This document shows, piece by piece, positions 22,925 to 33,709 of a stretch of 64,000 nucleotides of DNA. The position numbers and the translations under genes are program-made. Location of the stretch: the NCBI GenBank assembly GCA_037447605.1, contig CM074805.1:4993361-5057360 (forward strand). Reading direction: 5' to 3'. This stretch comes from Zygnema circumcarinatum SAG 698-1b. Its lineage: Eukaryota; Plantae; Zygnematophyceae. The notes beneath the pieces are model-generated. The model saw only the letters and a program-made list of their open reading frames with translations. It was not told the origin of the DNA and made no database searches. Numbering within the stretch: the stretch's first letter is position 1; every line of letters begins with the position of its first letter.

Positions 22925-25250
22925 ACCACCGTCACCACCACCACCGTCACCTCCCCCAAGACCCCCGCCTAACCCTCCTCCATCCCCACCACCATCCCCG
23001 CCACCAAAACCTCCCCCACGACCGCCTCCTAATCCTCTTCCTTCCCCGCCACCATCACCTCCCCCAAGGCCTCCTCCCAATCCTCCTCCTTCCCCACCAC
23101 CATCACCTCCCCCAAGACCCCCGCCTAATCCTCCTCCTTCCCCACCACCATCCCCGCCACCAAAGCCTCCCCCAAGGCCGCCTCCTAATCCTCCTCCTTC
23201 CCCACCACCTTCACCTCCCCCAAGACCACCTCCTAATCCTCCTCCTTCCCCACCACCATCACCTCCCCCAAGACCCCCACCCAATCTTCCTCCTTCCCCA
23301 CCACCATCCCCGCCACCATCACCTCCTCCAAGGCCACCTCCTAATCCTCCTCCTTCCCCACCGCCATCACCTCCCCCCAGACCCCCACCTAATCCTCCTC
23401 CTTCCCCGCCACCATCACCTCCCCCAAGACCCCCACCTAATCCTCCTCCTTCCCCGCCACCATCACCTCCCCCAAGACCCCCACCTAATCCTCCTCCTTT
23501 CCCTCCACCATCCCCGCCACCATCACCTCCCCCAAGGCCACCTCCTAATCCTCCTCCTTCCCCACCACCGTCACCTCCCCCCAGACCCCCACCTAATCCT
23601 CCTCCTTCCCCACCACCATCACCTCCCCCAAGACCCCCACCTAATCCTCCTCCTTCCCCGCCACCATCACCTCCCCCAAGACCCCCACCTAATCCTCCTC
23701 CTTCCCCGCCACCATCCCCGCCACCATCACCTCCCCCAAGGCCACCTCCAAATCCTCCTCCTTCCCCACCACCGTCACCTCCCCCCAGACCCCCACCTAA
23801 TCCTCCTCCTTCCCCGCCACCATCACCTCCCCCAAGACCCCCACCTAATCCTCCTCCTTCCCCGCCACCTTCCCCACCACCATCACCTCCCCCACGGCCA
23901 CCTCCTAATCCTCCTCCTTCCCCACCACCATCACCTCCCCCAAGGCCACCTCCTAATCCTCCTCCTTCCCCACCACCATCACCTCCCCCACGGCCACCTC
24001 CTAATCCTCCTCCTTCCCCACCACCATCACCTCCCCCAAGACCCCCACCTAATCCTCCTCCTTCCCCGCCACCATCACCTCCCCCAAGTCCTCCACCACG
24101 CCCTCCTCCATCGCCGCCTCCTCCCCCCCCTCCTAGGCCTCCTCCACCTTCTCCTCCCAAATCACCCCCCTTCAAACCTCCACCACCATCTCCACCGTCA
24201 CCGCCTCCTGCACCTCCACCACCATCACCCCCTCCGTCTCCACCTCCTCTATCACCACCGGTGCCTTCGTTACCACCTCCTTCGCCACCCCCTCCTTCGC
24301 CACCCCCTCCTTCGCCATCACCCCCCACACCACCCCCACCTTTGCCACCACCCCCCACACCACCCCCTCCTTCGCCACCACCCCCCACACCACCCCCTCC
24401 TTCGCCACCACCCCCCACACCACCCCCTCCTTCGCCACCACCCCCCACACCACCCCCTCCTTCGCCACCACCCCCCACACCACCCCCTCCTTCGTCACCA
24501 CCCCCTCCTTCGCCATCACCCCTCACACCACCCCCTTCTCCATCACTTCCACCTCCTTCCCCATCTCCTCCATTGCCACCCCCTCTGTCACCATCGCCAC
24601 CCCTTCCGTCGCCACCCCCCCCATCACCACCCCCTCCGTCGCCACCCCCCCCATCACCACCCCCTCCTTCCTCATCGCCCCCATCACCACCCCTCCCTTC
24701 CCCATCGCCCCCATCATCACCCCTCCCTTCCCCATCGCCCCCATCACCACCCCTCCCTTCCCCATCGCCCCCATCACCACCCCCGCCTTCCCCATCGGCA
24801 CCATCGCCACTCCTTCCTTCGCCACCAGTTCTCTCACCTTCCCTACTTTCCCCACCCCCTCCTTCGCCACCCCCTCCGTCGCCCTCGCCCCCGACACCAC
24901 CCCAGTCTCCATCACCACCCCCTCCTTCCCCATCGCCCCCGTCGCCACCCCCATTGTCTCCATCGCCACCCCCTCTTTCGCCGCCCCCTCCTTCAGCTCC
25001 TCCGTTGCCACTCCCTCTGTCACCATTGTCACCCCCTCCTTCGCCACTTCCTCCTTCACCACCCGCCTCTTCTCCACCCCCTCCTTCGCCACCGCCTCCT
25101 TCGCCTCCCTCACAACCTTCTTTGCCCGCCCCTCCGTCGCCGTCGCCGTCGCCGCCCCCGCCTTCGCCTCCTCCTCCATCACCTCCCCCTCCATCAGACT
25201 CCTTTCCTCCACCAGAGGCTTCCCCTCCACCGAACGCTCCCCCTCCACTG
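22925..25250 (+). repeat. Coding tandem repeat: ~36-bp ([12 protein letters not shown])n followed by irregular SPn/TPPPPSPPP repeats
   Basis: Seen directly in ORF 22815-25268; synonymous third-position variation between units. Confidence 0.93.
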
Positions 25251-26324
25251 GACGCTGTTCCCCCATAACTTGCTTTACACTCTTTTCGATGCAGGTATCG
25301 TTCCACTTCCCCTCGCAACATGACATCATTCTATTTATCTCTAATATTGTCTTCTGCTTCTACGGGCTAACAGTTTTTATTTCGATAGGCAGATGTGTAA
25401 AATGCCTACTTGTTCCAACCTGCCTTGTCTGACTGTCGTTGTCTGAATTTCGTCTTTTGTGCAGATCTAGAAGCGCTTGAAAGCACACAATCCTCCATTT
25501 TAAAATAGGAGGGATCCTGAGGGAGTTGAGGGAGCCTTCAATTAAATGCGTAGCTCGGCATGTGCAGTTTCGAAATATCCATTGATTTCACGAGTGTGAC
25601 ATCCTTGATTTCTACCTAAGTGAAGGCTAGCAATGTATTGAGGAAGGCCTGAGCGATAAGGTTTGCCTTAGAGTTTTGAGTGTGCAATTTTTCTTTTTTT
25701 GTTTAGCCGGCAGGAATGGGACATTCGATGCTTGGGCAATGTGAAAAAAAAATTCATAACTATATAAAGTTAGTACAATGACAGGAATTGTCGTCATCGC
25801 TACAGATTGTCGATTTTCTGTAAAGCAAACTCATCTGCTCGTCTGTGCCTGCCAGAGTAGCAACCGACCGATAAAGTCGGGCGTTGCTGGCATTCTTGCT
25901 TTCCCACTTGCCCTCTCGCCTTCATCCATCCCATTTCCCCCTCTCCCTCACTCCCCTCCACTTCCCTGAGTTCCCTCTCCTCCCTTTCCTCTCCCCACTA
26001 CCTGACTACCTCCCGCGTCGTAAATCTTTTTGCTTCGAGACTGCGCAGTCGCCATGATGCTACACCATATGTAGCACACTGACGAGTTCAAAGCCTGCAA
26101 AGTAAACATGCAACACTATGTTTTATTACAGCAAAAGAATAGAGTTGTCCTGAATCTCGCAGACCTCTTTGTAAGGAAAAGTAGCAATTGAAAGACAGGA
26201 AGCGGAAGCAGGACCTCAGGGCAGCACGCGACAAGGACAGAGCTCAGACGGCCTCGACGAGGAGGGGAGAGGGGAGGTGCACAGGCCCCACAGGCGGCCG
26301 TGGGCCACAGGGCGACCGAATGAT

Positions 26325-26412
26325 GGGGCATTGATCTCACGCATGGCGATGGCCATGGCCATGCCATCAAATGTGCATGGCCAAAATCAACATCATGGGA
26401 AACCACCAGGAA
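26325..26412 (-). repeat. Dispersed repeat ending GTGAGATCAATGCC, copy C
   Basis: Reverse complement TGGTTTCCCATGATG...CATTTGATGGCATGGCCATGGCCATCGCCATGCGTGAGATCAATGCC. Confidence 0.7.
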
Positions 26413-26529
26413 CGAAATGGTCAGAAAGGACCCAAGGTCAAAAAGAAACAAGCTATGTGTGAAAATCCAGTTGTAGGCTCAACAACGCTTCAGGCCCTTC
26501 CTAAAAGCAGCAGCGCAAGGCGCCTGCCG

Positions 26530-26860
26530 ATGGGCCGATGGGCCGATGGGCCGATGGGCTTCCTTGCTCGCTTGCTTGCTTGCGGCGGAAGGCCACGCCG
26601 CGGAACCAACAACCAAGCAACAACCAACCAAGCAACCAAGCAACCAAGCAACCAAGCAGCCAAGCAACCCAGCAACCAACCAAGCAACCAGCCAGGCAAT
26701 CAACCAACCAATCAATAACCAACCAACAATCAGCCAACCAGCAACCAACCAGCAACCAACCAGTAGCCAATCAAGCAACCAACTAACCAACCAAGCAAAC
26801 AACCAACAACCAACCAACAACCAGCCAACCAACAACCAACCAACAACCAACCAAGCAACC
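26530..26860. repeat. (GATGGGCC)n followed by degenerate (CAAC/CAAG)n tract
   Basis: Seen directly. Confidence 0.9.
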
Positions 26861-27228
26861 GCCTCTGGGCTGTGGGCTCACGGCCGTGGCACGCCCGAGT
26901 ACCGTACGGCCACTTACGGCCGCAGCGAGAAGGAGGGCCGTTCGACTGGACCGGATCGACGGCTGCGAGTGATTGCGATGGTGGCGTCGCGTCCCATGCG
27001 TCGGGCGCTTGCGCAGTGTAACGAGCTGTTCAACTAGAACTGCGCATGTGACAGCCATCGTTTTAGCGCACAGGTATTCAGTAAAACAAGGCGCATGTAA
27101 CTGCGTACCCCAGCAAGTGGCGCAACTGCCGCCGTTTCCAGTCGCGCAACGCCCAGCTGCCTGCGCATGGAGCCCCACCCCTTCCCCTGGCGGGCGATAC
27201 AAGAGGCGGGCCCGCCCCTGAGTGGGTC

Positions 27229-30200
27229 GTGGAGGAGCGTGTGGGAGGGCTCCTCCGCCGCCTTGCCGCCATGGCGGAGGCAGGTGGGAGCTCTGCAGGG
27301 GAAGCTGCAGCTGGTCTCACCTTACCAACCAGACTGGCCATGGATGCCGAGAACCTTCCGGAGTCGTTGGACTTCAGTGTACATGTCGAGGCCACCCGGG
27401 CTCGAGCAGCTGTTGCTGCTGTTTCTTCCCCTCTGTCTATCTCTCCTTCCCCCTCTCCCGCTTCCGACCCCCTCCCGCGCTCATCGTCTCTAAGCAAGCT
27501 CAACGCTATGGCTCCGGAGTTCGTCCCAAAGGGCGTCCCTCATTCCGCTGACGGTGTCCTGACGCCCTCCTCCACCTCTCCCCCCTCCTTCCAGCCTCCG
27601 GCCCTCCCTCCAGCCCCTCCCGTTCCTGTTGTCGCTCCCCCGCTCCTTCCTAACGCCCCGCCTCTCATGGCCTACCCCCAACCCTATCCTCTCTACTCCC
27701 TGCCTCCCCCTGCGCACTACAACATGCAGATGCACGTTCAAATGCAATTGCAGAATAATTCACTGCACGGAATTCAGTTACAGGGAATTCCATTACCAGG
27801 AACTCGTGCTCAGCAAGGTCCCCGACCTCCCGCCTCGACATCCATGGCTGCCGGAGGCCACGCCTTTCCTCCCGGCATGCTTCCCGTCTCTTCTTCCTTT
27901 TCCCCCTCTCCGCCTCTTCCCCCGCCTCCTCTCCCACCCCCTAACTCTACCTTCACTCCGAGCCCTACTGCTACCCCTAATCCTTCTACTACTGCGGCTG
28001 CCCCTACCACTAACGACAGCCCTGCACCTGCATCCGCGTCAAAGCCGAGGAAAGGAAATGGATCAGAACAGCCGCAGATTAGCATAAGCGAACTCGCAGA
28101 AGTGAAGGCGAATATGGTCCAACAGGTGCAGCATGCGGCATGATGCATAATGATAACGTCGGCATGTTGTCTGTATGGAATCATGTCAATCGCCATTTTG
28201 GCTCAATCTCGGGGTGATGCATGTGAATTTCTAAACATCACAAAACTCTGAGTATCTAGAAACCCTAGAAGATTCGGAGCAGTCGAGCATCTGAAATTGT
28301 CAAGGACGTATCTTTAAGCCCGAATAGCCTCATGAGCTTGACAACTATTAGAAGTCCAATGGTAAAGTGGCTTCAGGCCCAGACTGTGTCTGCAGAATCT
28401 CTTGAATCCGACGAGCACTTTTTTTGCGAAAGGAAGGGTTTTGAAAGTGGTATACTCTTGAAGCAGGGAAGGAGAGAACTGCTCACAAACATGGATTGAG
28501 GACCTTCAGCAGTTAGTTAAAACAATTTTTCTATTTTTTGACATCTTATAATACAGGTGGAGTTTTATTTCAGTGATCAGAATCTTCCAACTGACAATTA
28601 TTTGATGAAGTTCGTGAGGAAAGATCCTGAAGGCTATGGTGAGTATCTCAGGCATAAAAAGATGGTTGGATAAGCCATTAGCCCTTCCCTCTCCGCCCCC
28701 GCTTCCCATCCCTGCTATCCTTCTGTCCCGCCTTTTTCACGCCTCGCTTGAGCTCCCGGTCTTCCTCTCCTTCTTATACCTGCTCTCATCCACTCTCTAT
28801 TGCTTACCTTTCCCTCCCCCATCCCATCCCTCCTCTCCATCCCTCGCCTCTCTCTTTCCTTTCCCTTTGTCCCTCTCTCCCTCCATCAAGAATCGGGTGC
28901 AGTGGAAGGATTTGCTTAGCAGGTGATGTGACGTGATATGACATGACGTTTCGGATTGTGATAATGAGTGTCTGTATATGTCTCCTGCAGTGCCGATTGG
29001 GGTGCTTGCTTCCTTCCGGAAGGTGAAGCACCTCATTCCCAAGTCCATTCCCCCTCCCACCGCTATCCCCCTTCTGGTGAACGCCCTCCGAGGCTCTTCT
29101 GCGCTGGTGAGCTCCATCGCTCTTAGTATATATCAGAGTTTGGTTTAGGAAATTAATGTTTCTAGGGCTTTAGATGTTCTTATACAAGTTATAGAATGCA
29201 GCTCACGCGGGTCTAGGTATTGTTTCTTGTCCGCAGTTGAGTTGGCAGTTGATTTTGGGTTAGTGGATTTTGCGTTTCCTGTCGATTGGCTGAATACGGG
29301 TGGCTTTGGCAGGTTGTCAGCGAAGATGGTAAGAGAGTGAAACGTGTACAGCCACTTCCCGAGGTTGACTACCAGGAAATTCAGGTTTGGGCATCGCACT
29401 ACCTATTTGATTCTAACGACTTTTATTGGGTGTACATAGTTTCAGTATAAGGGTGGCTGTGCCGCACTAGCGTTTCTATTATCACGAAGAAGAGAAAATG
29501 ATTCAAGTGTCTGTTATGCTCGGCCACCTTGCAAGTCGTATTGATCAATCAGCTCAAGAAGGTCACGGCCGAATGTTCGTTCCCTTAAAGTATGGCGCGC
29601 TTTCTCTGCAGGCCCGCACAGTCATTGGTGAAAATCTCCCTTCGGATCATTCAATTGAAGCTATGGAGGAGCTCTTCGGGAAAGTTGGCAAGTAAGCCCT
29701 TCTTATCGCCCCTGTTCCCCCCCCCCCTCTTCCCCAACTCTTCTCTCTCTTTCTCAGTCTGTGTTGGCCTATCTCTTCTCGTCTCAACCGCTTTCCACCT
29801 TACGTTTCTTTCGGATATCTCATTTCCCTCTTTTTTTTAACTTTCCCTCTCGCTATTCTCGTTATTTCAGTTTATCTCCCTGTCTTTCCATTGCTTTTAC
29901 TCATATCCTGGCCTCTCTCCTCGTTGTCTCTCCCCCGTTGACCATTGTGCACCTAACAAGTTGCATCTGCATTGCTACCATTTCGCTAGTATAGCCTGTG
30001 AATCTATGCACTACTTTTGTCAGATTTAGCCTAAATTTTACTCCTTCCTCTCTTATCTTGAACCCGTAGGCCTTTCACAATTTCGGGTTTTCTAAATGCA
30101 GAACGAAAGAGTAGAAAGTAGTTACTCTTGTGTCGGAGACTTGCGCCTCCACTTTTAGTCTTTATAACGTGTGATTAGAAATTTTGGGTTTTGAATGTGC

Positions 30201-32111
30201 AAGCAATGTCGAAGTATAATTCGTTTCGATGTTTCTCCTGAAAGCAGAGTGAAGATGCTAAGGATCTGTCAGCCTCAAGCTGCGAATTCTGTCAATCAGA
30301 CAGCCTCGAAAAACCCTCGGGCCGACATGGTTGTGAGCAACAAGGTGTGTGCCTCTCTCTCTCTCTCTATCATTCAAATGAAGCTTTAACGGCTGAAACT
30401 GTAGAATACTCGAACTCTTGAACTTTTTGAAGCTTATATGAAAGGGGAATTTGAAGGAAGAAAGGATCGCTTGCAACAAGCTAAAAGAAATGTTGTGCAG
30501 GGCTTTCCCTCCTAATCCGACCTCTTTTTATGACTCACGCAATAGAATCAGGTCCTTCAAGCCTAAAGCTTTCAATGTGTGTTTTTTTGCTTATTGGTTG
30601 GTTGGTATTGGTTTATTGAAATGGAGTTCAAGAATATGCAAAATCCATTTGTTTGTCGTTGGGGGGTGGCGGCCAGCTTCATGCTGTCGTGGAATACGAG
30701 ACTGTTGAGGAAGCCGAACGGGCGGTACGCATTTGAAACCTCCATAAATTTCCCTCCTATCTCTCCCCCGTTGCCCTCCTTGTTTCTTAAAACGTCCTTT
30801 TTTGGGGGGGGAGGGGGGAGGGGAGGGGGGCGGGCGCGCTCTGAATGCTGAGTCCCCTGTTCTCATTTTCTGATCTATCCTTCTCCACGTGTGTTAAATC
30901 AATGCAATCCACCTCATAAATTAGAACTGCGACGCGTTAGAAGTCTTTCTCACCTGAATCCTATCTTTCCGTCGTGTTCTCGCTGTAAGCAGGTGGCTGA
31001 AATGACGGATGCGAGCAATTGGCGGAGCGGTCTGCGAGTGCGCCTCCTAGTCCGACGAACGGTACGAGGGTTCAACTTATTCAAATTAACAAAATACAAA
31101 ATAGTGGTTAGGAGGGCTTAAGCTTCACACTTCCTTCTTTCCTAATTCTCTTTTCAGGTGCCAACTGAAATAGAAATGTCGATGTGGGTTTCATGCTGCA
31201 GGGCAAGGGGTCGTACCAGCAGTACCCGCAACACAGAGGGCGGAGAGGCGGAGAAGAAGGAGACAATGAAGGGATGACAGCAGAAGTGGCGGATGGAGAG
31301 GGAGAAGGTGGCAGCCACGGGCAGGAGGGAGAGGAAGCAGGGGTGAGGCTTCGGGGCTGCGGGAGCAGAGATGGGGTGTGATGTACTGATGCTTGGGGCC
31401 GTTCTCGAGTTTGAATTGTGTTTTCAGACAACTTGGCTTTGCTGCATTTACTCTTCCTCTGGGTTTGTCTGAGGACGGAGAGCGGGATTTGGACGTTGTG
31501 AGGTGGAGAGCAGTACACGGACAGGCCGAAACTGATTTGAGAGAGAAAGTGAGAGCAATAGAGGGTGATGGGAAAAAGTAGATAAATAGTGAGCAGGTGA
31601 GAGGAAAGAAAGCGGAGATATCGAGACGGACTGAGTGAGATGTGACAAAGGGGATAGAGGAGAGTGGGAGAGTGTGGGGGAGGGGTCCCTACAATGTTCC
31701 TTATGGTGTTAGAGTCCAGAGCAGGACGCTTTATCGCTTTGAATGGCCCTGCAAAGGTAATTTAGTGCAATTATTTTTTGTGTGTAACAGGGTCCTGACG
31801 GTAGCAGCGCCCCCCCTGACGGAGAGCGGCAGGTGCGGAAGGAGTTCAGCGGGCGGGGCCGCGGAGCAGGGGGGGGCAGAGGGAGGTACGGGGGGCGGGG
31901 CAGAGGACACGGGGTGTCAGGTGGCAGTCACCAGTTGGTCGGAACCCCTCCCAAAGGCGGCCAGGCTGCTGGCTCCTTCCCCGGGACGATCGCGCCGGGG
32001 AGCCTTCCGGACGGCGCTGCGCAGAAGGCGCCCCTCGGGCCCCGCATGCCGGACGGGACGCGAGGGTTTGCGGCGGGCAGGGGGAGGACCCTCCTGGCGC
32101 CGCAGGAGTGA
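27229..32111 (+). CDS. LARP6: La-related protein 6 (PAM2-like motif, La motif, RRM, C-terminal LSA motif)
   Basis: SKLNAMAPEFVPKG (PAM2-like); VEFYFSDQNLPTDNYLMKFVRKDPEGY/VPIGVLASFRKVK/VVSEDGKRVKR (La motif); RTVIGENLPSDHSIEAMEELFGKVG/LHAVVEYETVEEAERA/SNWRSGLRVRLL (RRM); GPRMPDGTRGFAAGRG (LSA); GT-AG junctions. Confidence 0.93.
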
Positions 32112-32254
32112 GTAGCAGACAGAGAGAGGGGTCCTCTTGTGCTCCACTGCTGCTGCCGCTGCTGTGTGTGCAACTCAGTGAGGCGAGGCAAGCTGAAACT
32201 ATTTTTTGCCTGCCGTGGTCTCGTGGCGGGTGTCCATCGTGTGCGTGCAAGGGC

Positions 32255-32255
32255 G

Positions 32256-32289
<34 letters not shown>

Positions 32290-32600
32290 CTGTCCGTTTG
32301 TGGTGTGGGCTCGCTCGCTCGTTCGTGGCTCTTTCCTTCCTTCCTTCCTTCCCATCCTTCCCTTCTTTTCCTTTCCTTCCCTTCCTTTCCTTTCCTTCCT
32401 TTCCTTCCCTTCCCTTCCTTTCCTTCCTTTCCTTTCCTTCCTTTCCTTGCCTTCCTTTCCTTCCTTTCCTTTCCTTCCTTTCCTTCCTTTCCTTCCTTTC
32501 CTTCATTTCTTTGCTTTCCTTTCCTTTCCTTCCTGCCTGCCTTCCTTGCCCTGCTGCCTGCCGCCTGCCGCCTGCCGCCTGCCGCCTGCCGCCTGCCGGG
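32255..32600. repeat. (TGA)n, (CCTTT/CCTT)n and (GCCTGCC)n simple repeats in the LARP6 3' region
   Basis: Seen directly. Confidence 0.9.
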
Positions 32601-32714
32601 AGGGGGACGGACTGTGCCTGGCGATGCGGAGGCTTGGCTTTGTACCGGCCCGAACCGAACGAAGCGATGCGAGGGGACGCGCGCGGGCGGGCGGCGGCAC
32701 CTACTAGCACTTGT

Positions 32715-32819
32715 GAGGGGCTCGCGTGATTGGCCGCACGCGTAAGAGGATCGCGTGATTGGTGTCACATTTGAGGGGCTCACGTGATTGGAAACACGTG
32801 TGAGGGTTCGCGTTACTGG
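32715..32819. promoter_or_regulatory. Four ~29-bp-spaced GAGGGGCTCRCGTGATTGG units (CCAAT box abutting CACGTG/CGCGTG)
   Basis: Units start at ~32715, 32746, 32773 and 32802 (the fourth is degenerate); about 900 bp upstream of the PGDH ATG. Function inferred only. Confidence 0.4.
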
Positions 32820-33709
32820 CCGCTTTACATCCCCGCGCGATTTGGGTTCCGTGAGGCGCGCGACCGAAAATATCCCTCTGGTCGGCGCGAGGGCGCGCCC
32901 CGAATCTGCCGCGCTGCCGACCGACGGGCCAGCGGCCGTACACCCCGGCCGCCGCTTGTCGTGTGAGCAGCCGGCCCGGGGCCTGGCTCTGAAAATTTAT
33001 GAATAGACCGTTTTCAGCGGGCAGGGCAGGCCCGGCGGGTGCGGAACATAAAGATGAAGGCCGTACGGCCTCGACCCGCGTCCTTTTCCGGAGTGTAAAA
33101 ATTACAAACCTGTATTCCAAGAGCTGATTTTTGCCCTTCTGCATCTCGAACGGAACTCACGCAGTCGACAAAAATGTCTGCTCGAGAAGTGCACAACATT
33201 GCACGGCCCCTCGAAAGCATTATCACGGGCAGGAAAAGTATTTCAAAAGTGGCCTAAAAGTTCCGCCCGTCCGCCCGCATCCAAAGGGAGGATCTCCCTA
33301 CCTCCCTCCCTCCCTCGGCCGCCGCCGCCCTTTGAACCCTCGCCAGCCGCCCGCCCGGCCCCCACCGACGCGCAGATCGCCGCGGCGAGCTGGCGGGACA
33401 CGACACGTGGCCCTCCCTTGGCCGTCGGATCGCCCGCGCCCCCCTCCGCCGCGACCAGTGACCGCCCGCCCCGCCCCCTGCAGCCCCCCTTGCTGAAGCT
33501 AGGCACTGCCGGCGCCGCGACTCGAACCCGGGTCTCGCCCCGCCTGCCCGCCCGCCCGCCCGCCCGCCCGCCCCGGCGCTCTCCCGCTGCCTGCCCGCCC
33601 GCGCAGAGAGCTGAAACTGGGAAGCCTCGCGTGGCGGCGGCCCCTCTCCCTCTCGCTCTCCCTCTCCCCTTCACTGCCTTCAGGCCTCCACCCAAATTCC
33701 TTCGACGCC

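Larger units (their letters stand above)
15191..25268 (+). pseudogene. Subtilisin-like S8 serine protease (signal peptide, I9 prodomain, catalytic, PA, Fn3-like) with a ~780-aa Pro-rich HRGP-like tail; interrupted by a copia insertion
   Basis: Spliced exons give signal peptide MAMALRALALLLAAAAAAG, VYIVRL, LYSYDHAMDGFAAELTEQQA, GVVVGMIDTG (Asp), RDSHGHGTHTASTAAG (His), VSAGNSG, FSSRGPN, PDVAAPGS//HVFAAY...[13 protein letters not shown] (Ser), DYGSGMVRP, RRVTNVG, then SPPPRPPPN repeats to TAA at 25268. Otherwise in frame; listed as disrupted only because of the exon insertion. Confidence 0.9.

Noticed and set aside
22832-25323. 829-aa Gly-rich antisense ORF and 806-aa His/Leu-rich alternative-frame ORF
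   Set aside because: Shadows of the Pro-codon repeat; only the Pro frame splices to the subtilase.
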